Positions 1 to 8,227 of a stretch of 64,000 nt of DNA are shown here, one piece after another. Position 1 is the first letter of the stretch. Every line of letters begins with the position of its first letter. Source of the stretch: an uncultured Bacteroidota bacterium (GTDB taxonomy: Bacteria > Bacteroidota > Bacteroidia > Bacteroidales > GCA-2748055); contig CAKZNC010000197.1 in the NCBI GenBank assembly GCA_937129385.1, positions 10,397-74,396 on the forward strand, read 5' to 3'. Under the pieces are notes generated by a model. That model made no database searches and was not told the DNA's origin. It worked only from the letters and a program-made list of their open reading frames with translations. The position numbers and the translations under genes are program-made.

Positions 1-459
1 CAGTGGCTAAAAGGGTTAAGCGAATCGGAAGTCAAAGACATGGCAGATAAGTTTGTAGTGCCGGAAATAAAAAAACTGGTCAGGCCCGAGATCGAAAAAG
101 AGCTGGAATATCACCGGAAACGAAATGCGCATATCGTCATGCTCTCCTCCGCCCTTCCATACCTGTGCGATCCCATGGCTGAATATCTTGATATGAACGA
201 TGTCGTCTGCTCAAACCTTGAAATTTCAGATGGCGTGTTTACCGGCAAGTCAATCCGGCCGCTGGTATTCGGACCCGAAAAGGCAACCAGGATGACAGAA
301 TACTGCCGGGAAAATGGGTATTCCCTCGATGATGCCTGGTATTACGGGGATGCATTTACCGACAGGTTCGTAATGAAGGCGGTGGGTCATCCAGTGGCTG
401 TAAAACCGGAGATCAAACTTGGATGGATGGCCAGGAGAAGGGGATGGAAGGTGATCTGA
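1..459 (+). CDS. HAD-superfamily (subfamily IB-like) hydrolase, 5'-truncated by the window edge
   Basis: The frame is open from nt 1 (QWLKGLSESEVKD precedes the listed Met at 40). The C-terminal YGDAFTDRF resembles the HAD motif IV acidic region. Confidence 0.55.
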   Translation, partial: QWLKGLSESEVKDMADKFVVPEIKKLVRPEIEKELEYHRKRNAHIVMLSSALPYLCDPMAEYLDMNDVVCSNLEISDGVFTGKSIRPLVFGPEKATRMTEYCRENGYSLDDAWYYGDAFTDRFVMKAVGHPVAVKPEIKLGWMARRRGWKVI

Positions 460-525
460 CAGGAAGTGAACGAATACCCGGAATCTTTGGATCCGTCCTG
501 ACTTTTTTCAGTTGTTTTGTTCTAT

Positions 526-1467
526 TTACTTTTCGACAGGAAAAATTTCAATATGATCGAACGGCTCTGAGCTGTCAGAAACAGTGTAATATTCCAGGAC
601 CAGCGACTGACCATCATAGATACCTCTCACCGCACCAAAATCAGTATCATTGCAGGTAACAGTGAATACCTTTTCGTCAAGTTCAGAGGTGCCACATTCA
701 TAAAGGGACTTTCCCCCTGCCCCGGTGATCAGGTATGTGAGCCCTGGTTCATCTGATTTTTCAATTCTTGAATAAACATGGTCGTGCCCGGTAAGCACCA
801 GGTCAACACCCATGCCATAAAAGTCAAGTTGCATCTTGCGTTCATTTCCATGTTTACTGATTGAATAGGGAGAATGGTGAAAATAGACGATCCTGATCTT
901 CCCTTTACTGCCCAAAATTTCTTCTTTGAGCCACTCCTCCTGCTCACTCATGGATGATGCGGTTGAGTTCAGTGAGAAAAAAGCGAGGTCGCCCCATGTG
1001 AACTTATAGTAAACTTCATTACCAGGGAGCGTGAAAAAGTTGAGGTAGGGTTTCATTCCGCTGCTGCCGTAAGTGTCGTGATTGCCAGGTGATGGAAAGA
1101 AGCGGTTCACCTCCTCTTCAAATGCCCTTCCATTACAACGGTAAGCCTCTTCCGCATCAAAATTGAAAACGTAATCACCATAGTGATCGGCAATATTTTC
1201 CATGATGGTATTCATCTCTCCACTCTGGTAATTGTTATCACCAGTGGTGATCACCAGGTCGGGCGACCAGCTTTTTACAAGCTGTGCAACTGCCGCTTCA
1301 TCCGGACCATCCTTACCATAATCACCGATAACAGCGAATATAACCGTATCATCTTCCATATTCACCTGGATTCCGGGAGGCTCGATCAGTTCAACATCAT
1401 CACAAGCGCTCATCAGGATCAAGGCAACAGGTAAAATCCAGTGGTAAAAAAGCCTCTTTACATCCAT
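526..1467 (-). CDS. calcineurin-like metallophosphoesterase, secreted or lipoprotein
   Basis: Carries the ordered metallophosphoesterase motifs GDYG, TGDNNY, GNHD, FHHSPY and GHDHVY. The N-terminus has a hydrophobic signal with Cys (LILMSAC). Confidence 0.8.
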   Translation of the reverse strand: MDVKRLFYHWILPVALILMSACDDVELIEPPGIQVNMEDDTVIFAVIGDYGKDGPDEAAVAQLVKSWSPDLVITTGDNNYQSGEMNTIMENIADHYGDYVFNFDAEEAYRCNGRAFEEEVNRFFPSPGNHDTYGSSGMKPYLNFFTLPGNEVYYKFTWGDLAFFSLNSTASSMSEQEEWLKEEILGSKGKIRIVYFHHSPYSISKHGNERKMQLDFYGMGVDLVLTGHDHVYSRIEKSDEPGLTYLITGAGGKSLYECGTSELDEKVFTVTCNDTDFGAVRGIYDGQSLVLEYYTVSDSSEPFDHIEIFPVEK

Positions 1468-2159
1468 AATTGCACAATATAGTAAATACCGATTCCAATA
1501 AACAACAAGGCGACCAATTTACTGAACCAGTATTCGAACGCCTTCACCCGGTTGTACAGCCTCCCGACACCTGAGACAGAAAAAGCCAACAGCCAGGCAA
1601 AAAGCACAACAGGCACTGCTGCCGCGAATGAGAATACAACTGGCAGATGAGGGCCTGTGGTTGTGACGGTAAGCGGGATCAGCATCCCAAAATAGAGCAC
1701 CCCGCTGTAGGGACAAAACGCAAGTGCAAGTATCATCCCCAGGAAAAAGGCATCCCATCGCCTGAATCTCTTTTTTGACTGGAATTTATGGGTCCATTTT
1801 TCGAACACAGGAAAATTCAGATCAACGATCCCCAACATAAGGAACCCGATCACAAACAAGAGCGGACCGATGATCAATTCAGAATATTGCTGGAACAGTC
1901 CGGAGATTTTAAACTGGTCAGCCCCCAGGTATAGGATCATGGCCAGGCCCGAATAGGAGAGAATTGTTCCGAGGGCATACCATATTCCATTAAGAAAGAC
2001 CTGTTTCCTGTCGGAGAGCCTCCTCCCGATATATCCGATTGCAGTGATGTTAATGGTCATGGGGCAGGGAGCTATCGCGGTGAGGATGCCCAGCAAAATT
2101 GCGGATACAAGCGGACCGGAGGAACCGGCGTACAGTTCAGTAAAAAATTCCTTGATCAT
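1458..2159 (-). CDS. CcdA/DsbD_2-like multi-pass membrane thiol:disulfide electron transporter
   Basis: About 6 TM segments with two intramembrane Cys-Pro motifs (APCPMT, FCPYSG). A 4-nt ATGA overlap links it to the upstream thioredoxin-like gene. Confidence 0.5.
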   Translation of the reverse strand: MIKEFFTELYAGSSGPLVSAILLGILTAIAPCPMTINITAIGYIGRRLSDRKQVFLNGIWYALGTILSYSGLAMILYLGADQFKISGLFQQYSELIIGPLLFVIGFLMLGIVDLNFPVFEKWTHKFQSKKRFRRWDAFFLGMILALAFCPYSGVLYFGMLIPLTVTTTGPHLPVVFSFAAAVPVVLFAWLLAFSVSGVGRLYNRVKAFEYWFSKLVALLFIGIGIYYIVQLWM

Positions 2160-2569
2160 TCCAGCAGCTTGTCAATTTCCTTTTTCAGGGCTTTCCGGTA
2201 CCGGTCGGGGTGGGTCTCTGCAAACATAAAGGCCTCACTGGAAAGGTTGCTGACGTGGTCACCTTTTACCACGTACAACGTCTGACCAGATGCTCTCAGG
2301 GTCTTTGCCGCTGTCTTCCCGTTCTCGCTGCGAAAATCCAATGCGACAAAGCGAATTTTACCGTTCTCCATCTCATCTCCATAATTCGAAGAAAGGAGAT
2401 CAAGCGTCACCTGCTCCACGGCTCTGCAGGAGGAACATCTCTGGGACAGGTGAAACAGCACCACTTGTACTGCCTCGCTGTCGGGGTCAAAATAGTCATC
2501 CGTTGTGCTGTTCCTGCATCCGGTGGGGAGGACCAGGAGAATGGCAATCAGATATTTCAGATGGCTCAT
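2156..2569 (-). CDS. thioredoxin-fold lipoprotein with a CxxC motif
   Basis: The internal Met at 2569 gives MSHLKYLIAILLVLPTGC, a lipobox signal. It has a CSSC redox-type motif. The longer listed ORF (to 2698) adds an implausible leader. Confidence 0.5.
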   Translation of the reverse strand: MSHLKYLIAILLVLPTGCRNSTTDDYFDPDSEAVQVVLFHLSQRCSSCRAVEQVTLDLLSSNYGDEMENGKIRFVALDFRSENGKTAAKTLRASGQTLYVVKGDHVSNLSSEAFMFAETHPDRYRKALKKEIDKLLE

Positions 2570-2952
2570 TTGGCTGTATTCGTATGGATCAAAAGAGTTT
2601 TCAGGTGGAAATATAAGAAAAATCCCTGGGCCCGGCATCAGAAAAGGGACCTCGTTAGCTGTCATCAGAATCAACGATGTACATCCCGTTACCGGCAACA
2701 GGTGGCAATGAATCTATTTGTTGCAGGTATTGCTGATCAACCGGATAGGTTTTGTCGGTATAAAACTGATCACTTGACAAAGCAACCAAACAAGCCTAAT
2801 TTTTGTCTTTGGATTATACTTGTAAGTCGATGGAAATGAATATTTAATCAATACAACCGGTATTTCTGTAACCCGGCATCCATAGAACCGTATAAGAATT
2901 TATTTGTTAATATAATAGAGCCAGCAAGAAATCATAAAAAATAACAGTAGTT

Positions 2953-5181
2953 ATGAAATCTATCAACCGTGTATTAAAAATCTCAGGGATGATCATTTCC
3001 CTGGCATTTCTCTTCAATCCGGCAACATTTGCACAGACCCGTGCAGGATTCACCTACCAGGCCGTAGCACGTGATGCCGAAGGAAACCCGCTTGTCTCGC
3101 AGGATCTGAAAGTAAGGCTCGTAATCGCAGACAATGGTGAAGTGGTCTGGCAGGAAGATCATGATGTACAAACCAGCAAATTTGGATTATTTTCGCTCAT
3201 TGTGGGCAGCGATGAAGCTTACGGACAGTCGGGGATGGTCGAAACATTTGATGACATCGACTGGACAGCAGCTCAGTATTACCTGAATGTCCTCGTCAAC
3301 CTTGATGGGGAATATCTCGACATGGGTGGATCTCCTATTCAGACGGTCCCCGTGGCCCAATATGCAAAATCGGCAGGAAATTCCGCTGGTAAATTTGCAG
3401 TTCAGGCCAAAGATGTGGGAGCTGATGGAGAGGCGCTTTTTGAAGTCCGCAGGTCTGATGGATCAGTAGCCTTTGCTGTGTATGAGGACATGGTATGGGT
3501 ATATGCCGATGAGGACAATGCCAAGGGGATCAAAGGTGGATTTGCCGTCGGTGGTTACAACAATTCCAAGGCAACTCCGCAGGAATACCTGCGCATTACG
3601 CCTGACAGCATCAGGATGTACATCAATGATGAAAATACCAAAGGGATCAAAGGTGGTTTTGCTGTTGGAGGTTACAACAGCAACAAGGCGCTCAGTGACC
3701 AATACCTGTATGTAACCGGTAACAACCCGTTGGATGAGGATTATTCCATCGCACTTGGCGTAAATGCCAGGGCACTCGGGACCTATTCCGCAGCAATTGG
3801 ATATAACTCCACTGCCGGCGGTGCATCTTCATTCAGTGCAGGGAACAGCAGCTGGGCAGAGGCAAACAATTCCATTGCCATTGGGAATGGTGCCAGGGCA
3901 CAAGGACTTGATGCTGCCTCAATGGGCTACCAGAGCCAGGCAAAGGGTGAAAAATCCATCGCCATCGGCTCTCACTATACCTATTCATTTAGCAGTCTTC
4001 CTTATTTCAACTATTCTGGTAAAAAAGCCAATGGTGATTTCATCATATGGGATCCGATCATTGTACCAAGCTTTAGGACGATCAGTTTTAACCGGGCGAA
4101 TATTGCAGAAGGAAAATATTCAATATCACTTGGAAACGGTAACTATTCAAATAACGGGGGTATGGCACTTGGCTCGAATAACGATGCATTGGGTTTTGGT
4201 GCCGTTGCCCTGGGGGTTTCAAATAAAGCCAGGAATACAAACGCCTTTTCTGCTGGTTATGAAAGTGAAGCTACCGGGTATTATGCCACTGCCATTGGTA
4301 ACAATGCCTATGCAAAGGCATATGGTTCTTTTGTGATCGGACAATACAATGAGATTTACGGGGATTCAACAGAATGGAGAGCGACAGATCCTTTATTCAT
4401 TGTTGGGAATGGTCTCAACGATCAGAATCGCAATAATGCGCTCACTATTTATAAGGATGGCAGAAGCATATTCAAGGGCGCCGATGCCAACCTGGTGTTG
4501 AACGACAGGCGTAATTTTCTTACAGTGGTCAATTTTGATCCCATACAAATTGCATATCGACTCAATGTCTATGGTGTACGGTCATATATCAACAGAAGTG
4601 ATCCCGATGTTGATTACTACTACAGTGGCTACTTTTTCGATACTGGTACGGAAGGTGAATACCGGGGTTTCTATGCAGATCTGCGCTCTGGGGATGGCTT
4701 CGATGTCGCCGAGTATATATATGATTCCAACGGTAGCAGCAAGGCAGGAGATGTACTTGTTGCCGATCCTGCTGCGAAAGAAAGTGTCATCCTTTCAGAC
4801 CAGCCATATCAGTCCTCCGTTGTTGGTGTTGTCTCAACAGATCCTCACCTATCTATGGGATTAGATATTATCATGGACGAAGAGACCGGTCAACCCATCC
4901 AGGGAGTCAGTGCAACAAGGTTGGCATTGTCTGGTCGTGTTCCCTGTAAAGTGACAGATGAGAACGGACCCATCCAGCCTGGCGACCTCCTCACCACCTC
5001 CTCTACGCCGGGACATGCCATGAAGTGGACACCCCTGGATGTGAACGAGGCACAGGATTTCGAAGAACTGAAGCAGATGCTTGCAGAAAACGAAATGAGA
5101 CGTAATGCCATCATCGGTAAAGCCCTGGAAACACATAATGGAGGGACCGGTACAATCAAGGTGCTGATCTCACTTCAGTAA
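2953..5181 (+). CDS. secreted adhesin/tail-fibre-like repeat protein
   Basis: Signal peptide (ISLAFLFNPATFAQ). Has a duplicated 39-aa unit (KGIKGGFAVGGYN..., DNA 3519-3560 and 3636-3677). Contains YadA-head-like short repeats (SIALGVNARALGTYSAAIGYNSTAGG..SIAIGNGARAQG..). Confidence 0.5.
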   Translation: MKSINRVLKISGMIISLAFLFNPATFAQTRAGFTYQAVARDAEGNPLVSQDLKVRLVIADNGEVVWQEDHDVQTSKFGLFSLIVGSDEAYGQSGMVETFDDIDWTAAQYYLNVLVNLDGEYLDMGGSPIQTVPVAQYAKSAGNSAGKFAVQAKDVGADGEALFEVRRSDGSVAFAVYEDMVWVYADEDNAKGIKGGFAVGGYNNSKATPQEYLRITPDSIRMYINDENTKGIKGGFAVGGYNSNKALSDQYLYVTGNNPLDEDYSIALGVNARALGTYSAAIGYNSTAGGASSFSAGNSSWAEANNSIAIGNGARAQGLDAASMGYQSQAKGEKSIAIGSHYTYSFSSLPYFNYSGKKANGDFIIWDPIIVPSFRTISFNRANIAEGKYSISLGNGNYSNNGGMALGSNNDALGFGAVALGVSNKARNTNAFSAGYESEATGYYATAIGNNAYAKAYGSFVIGQYNEIYGDSTEWRATDPLFIVGNGLNDQNRNNALTIYKDGRSIFKGADANLVLNDRRNFLTVVNFDPIQIAYRLNVYGVRSYINRSDPDVDYYYSGYFFDTGTEGEYRGFYADLRSGDGFDVAEYIYDSNGSSKAGDVLVADPAAKESVILSDQPYQSSVVGVVSTDPHLSMGLDIIMDEETGQPIQGVSATRLALSGRVPCKVTDENGPIQPGDLLTTSSTPGHAMKWTPLDVNEAQDFEELKQMLAENEMRRNAIIGKALETHNGGTGTIKVLISLQ

Positions 5182-5210
5182 TACCGATTCCGAACTTCGG
5201 AAATCAATGA

Positions 5211-5250
5211 AGAGGCTGACCCAGGCAGAATTGAGTCAGCCTCTTTTTTT
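5211..5250. terminator. intrinsic terminator hairpin between convergent genes
   Basis: A perfect 10-bp stem, AGAGGCTGAC (5211-5220) with GTCAGCCTCT (5235-5244), has a 14-nt loop and is followed by a T run to 5250. Confidence 0.65.
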
Positions 5251-5419
5251 ATGAAAAATCCGCAGAAACAAAGCGTGAGCCTTGATGGTTGATCAGCTAA
5301 TTCAAAAGCTCATCCAGGTCCCTGGTTCTTTCTGAAATAGAAGGAAATTCCGGCAATGGTGCGCTGGGTACAGGTTCATACCAGAAGGTTGCCGTCGACC
5401 AGTCGTCGTCCCGCTCATA

Positions 5420-6478
5420 TTAACAACAGCCGATCTGCTGGATCGTGATCCGGCAGGATTCCTTCCAGTAGACCGGGTCCGGCAGGTGCCACCTGTACAT
5501 GGAGATGAATTCCCTGTTGTAAGGTACCATTTCGTCTTTCTGGATGTCCAGAACAGAGACGGTACTGTCCGACTGTTCATTCAGGTTGCACCCGTGGTAT
5601 TCATAGGTTGTATTCTGAATACCATACGACAGTCCGACATAATCTTCACTTCCAGTCCCACAGATGGTCGGGTATTCATCGTCTCCATCCATGTATATTT
5701 TCACCTCTCCTTCACCCCACCAGCCGGGATGCAGGGTACGTATCCCGATCACTGAACCAATGTACCTGCCTTTTCCCTTTCGCTCGGGCAGGAGCTCGAA
5801 ATCCTCCTTCAGGGTCGTCGGGTTTTCCCGCCTGAAACAGACATGCAGTCTTCCCACATCATCAGGATGACGGTCATTGATGGTATAATCGATCTGGTAA
5901 TACAGTGGGAAGGACAGATCAGATTCGTTGGTCAGGGTGATCCGGGCCCGTTTTGTAAATGGCATCGGCAGCCATAGGTTGAGTGCTCCCTTCTCCCCGA
6001 CGCTGTGAACAGCCGACTGGTAAGGAGTGACCTTAGAATGCGCGAACCCCATCAAGTCTCCCACAGGACATTCAATGGATGGATGCTCCTGTCCATCCCA
6101 GTATACCCTGATCACTGTACTTCTCAGTAACAGGTTCCTTGCCTGTATTGCCTTCAACCAGCTAAAGTTCATCCATTCACCGGTCATCCAGATATGACGG
6201 ATGGTGCCTGGCTGCTGAATGTCACAAAGCACCACCTCTTCATCGGGGTGAATGGTTTTCCTGGGCGCTCCTTTCCGTCCCACCCCGATCTCACTTGCTT
6301 CCGTCCCCCCGGCACCTGGTTCTCCGGTAGGATTCTCGAAGGAGATGGACCTGGATTCAAGATTTGTGTTAAGATCATACAATTTCCCCACGAAATCATC
6401 CTGTGCATTCAGTTGAGAAGTGATAAACAATACAAGTCCGGATATAATCAATACATTTTTCATCATTAGTTTTTTCAA
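5420..6478 (-). CDS. DUF2961 / GH172-family glycoside hydrolase, ending at a premature in-frame TAA (see finding)
   Basis: Signal peptide, then YYQIDY, WWGEGEVKIYMDGD and ICGTGSEDY, which are typical of DUF2961. The conserved C-terminal DDWS..FWY segment continues in the same frame after the stop. Confidence 0.7.
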   Translation of the reverse strand: MKKLMMKNVLIISGLVLFITSQLNAQDDFVGKLYDLNTNLESRSISFENPTGEPGAGGTEASEIGVGRKGAPRKTIHPDEEVVLCDIQQPGTIRHIWMTGEWMNFSWLKAIQARNLLLRSTVIRVYWDGQEHPSIECPVGDLMGFAHSKVTPYQSAVHSVGEKGALNLWLPMPFTKRARITLTNESDLSFPLYYQIDYTINDRHPDDVGRLHVCFRRENPTTLKEDFELLPERKGKGRYIGSVIGIRTLHPGWWGEGEVKIYMDGDDEYPTICGTGSEDYVGLSYGIQNTTYEYHGCNLNEQSDSTVSVLDIQKDEMVPYNREFISMYRWHLPDPVYWKESCRITIQQIGCC

Positions 6479-6746
6479 TTAGAGTATCTGTAGGTTGGCT
6501 TTCCTCAGTATAAAAATCTATCCTGGTGAAATATTTAAGCGCTGGTTTTAAGACAAGGAGATTCCATTCGCTGAAATCCCATTCGTCATATCTAATATAC
6601 TTGAAATTCTATTAGGACGGATAAAATTCAATCTAAATAACGTTATACAGGCACATAAAAATTCAATATTGAAGGCTAAGATAAAGCTGTAATAAAAGTG
6701 GATAATATCTTTGTTCCTGCCACATAGACAGGAGTACACATCAACT

Positions 6747-6788
6747 GTTTCGCAGTTTGCGTTTCGCATCATGCGTTTCGCTGTTTGC
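6747..6788. repeat. three tandem 14-nt repeats, GTTTCGCnnnnTGC
   Basis: The units are gtttcgcagtttgc, gtttcgcatcatgc and gtttcgctgtttgc, head to tail, 44 nt upstream of the ATPase ATG. Confidence 0.7.
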
Positions 6789-6807
6789 GAAATTAAATAG
6801 AATAAAT

Positions 6808-6815
6808 TACCTTTG
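6808..6815 (+). promoter_or_regulatory. candidate Bacteroidota -7 promoter element (TAnnTTTG)
   Basis: TACCTTTG lies 17 nt upstream of the ATG at 6832. This is motif matching only. Confidence 0.3.
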
Positions 6816-6831
6816 CTAAAAATATAGATAT

Positions 6832-7941
6832 ATGAATCCCTTTCTCATTAAAGGTTATAAAAGCCCACAGTATTTCTGTAACAGAAATCAGGAAAGTAAT
6901 ACCTTAATATCAGCCATAAGAAACAACCAGGACATCACACTTTTTGGACATAGGCGTCTTGGCAAGTCTGCATTAATTCATCATGTCTTTCATAAACTGC
7001 GAAAGGAATTTGTTTGTATTTACTCAGACATTTGGGGCACAAGCAGTATCGAGGAGTTTACCAGGGAACTGGTAAATGGAATAATATCAAGTAAAGTATT
7101 TGCCAGGCAAAAATTCTCAGAAAAGATGTTGAACCTGTTGAAGTTAATTGGTGCATCTTTTAGCATTGGTTTAAATGGATTACCATCTGTTGACCTGATA
7201 TACAATGACCGAAATCAAAACTTTCGAAGCCTGGAAGAGTTGTTCAAATTTCTGAATCAACTGGACGTTTCACTTCTGTTTGCAATAGATGAGTTTCAGG
7301 AGATTAAAAAATATGATAATCATGTACCTTTTGAAGGGAAACTTAGAGCATTAACCCAGCAAAGCAATAATATAGTTTTTCTTTACAGTGGGAGTGAGTG
7401 GCACTTGCTTAACGAAATATTTAATAAATACAATATGCCTTTTTATCAATCAACCAGAATGGTATCCATCGGAAAGATTGAACGGAATAATTATCACAAA
7501 TTTATTACAGGGCAATTTAAGAAAGCGAAAAAGTATATAAGTCCTGAAATTGTAAACCATATTCTTGAGATTTCACATTTGCATACATACTATATTCAGG
7601 CAATTTCGAATTTTCTCTTCAGCCAGGAAACAGCACCATCAACCATTTCAGAATTTGATATATTATACAGGGATTTCATTCTTGAAAAGAGCGTTTTCTA
7701 TAGTGAGTTGCCAGAGAGACTTACAAAACAACAATTTTCTGTTATTAAAGGAATTGCAAAATCAGGCGTTGTAAAAAACCCAACTTCTGCAGATTTCATG
7801 GAGATTTCAAATATACGGAGTGCAAGTAGTATGCACAGAATAATAAATTCCCTATTGGACAAGCAGTTGATTATTAAAGATGAAGGTGTGCTAAGAATGT
7901 ATGATGTATTTCTGGAACATTATCTTAAGATTGCATTATAG
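6832..7941 (+). CDS. ATPase_2 (Arch_ATPase)/DUF234-type ATP-binding protein
   Basis: Walker A-like GHRRLGKSAL and Walker B-like LLFAIDEFQE. Size and layout fit the bacterial 'ATP-binding protein' family. The gene is AT-rich. Confidence 0.6.
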   Translation: MNPFLIKGYKSPQYFCNRNQESNTLISAIRNNQDITLFGHRRLGKSALIHHVFHKLRKEFVCIYSDIWGTSSIEEFTRELVNGIISSKVFARQKFSEKMLNLLKLIGASFSIGLNGLPSVDLIYNDRNQNFRSLEELFKFLNQLDVSLLFAIDEFQEIKKYDNHVPFEGKLRALTQQSNNIVFLYSGSEWHLLNEIFNKYNMPFYQSTRMVSIGKIERNNYHKFITGQFKKAKKYISPEIVNHILEISHLHTYYIQAISNFLFSQETAPSTISEFDILYRDFILEKSVFYSELPERLTKQQFSVIKGIAKSGVVKNPTSADFMEISNIRSASSMHRIINSLLDKQLIIKDEGVLRMYDVFLEHYLKIAL

Positions 7942-8015
7942 GTTTAATGGACATGCACCTTAACCTGTTCCTCCCTAATACAGTTGTATATTAATCATAC
8001 TATTCCTGAAAATTT

Positions 8016-8048
8016 AAAATCCCTAACCTATTGGAGGTTAGGGATTTT
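8016..8048. terminator. A/T-flanked hairpin (bidirectional terminator-like) 12 nt from att copy a
   Basis: AAAATCCCTAACC - tattgga - GGTTAGGGATTTT forms a 13-bp stem. Confidence 0.5.
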
Positions 8049-8060
8049 AAAAGTGATTTT

Positions 8061-8076
8061 TGTAGCTCCACCAGAA
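8061..8076. repeat. degenerate copy of the tRNA-Arg 3' end (att copy a)
   Basis: In tGTAGCTCCACCAGaa, 13 consecutive nt (8062-8074) are identical to the tRNA 3' end at 20188-20200. Confidence 0.55.
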
Positions 8077-8203
8077 CCCACCATTTCTGAACTGAATTGA
8101 ACCGAAATTATTTGAATCACTTCTATACTGTACGTTTCATAAGGTTTTCAAAAGTTTAATCATTACATTCGAATTCGTAAAAATCAATCGAATTTGATCT
8201 TTT

Positions 8204-8225
8204 TTGACACCACTTTTGACACCAC
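8204..8225 (+). repeat. two direct TTGACACCAC motifs, 12-nt period (left end of E1)
   Basis: Copies at 8204-8213 and 8216-8225, immediately before the integrase ATG. The same doublet recurs at 14187-14208. Confidence 0.65.
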
Positions 8226-8227
8226 CT

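Noticed and set aside
5420-5422. Alternative genetic code (TAA reassigned) as the explanation for the in-frame stop in the GH172 gene.
   Set aside because: All other conserved genes in the window (atpD, argH, proA, proB, carA, ggt and others) are uninterrupted and terminate where expected. Several use TAA as genuine stops.
6548-6772. A 74-aa minus-strand ORF in the AT-rich leader upstream of the ATPase gene.
   Set aside because: It has an implausible Cys/Ile/Asn-rich sequence and no start context. It overlaps the 14-nt tandem repeats, so it is most likely non-coding.
6747-6788. A possible miniature CRISPR array or other interspaced repeats. The 10133-10171 and 14377-14396 repeats were also checked.
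   Set aside because: The repeats are contiguous with no spacers, have only 2-3 units of 10-21 nt, and no cas genes occur anywhere in the window.
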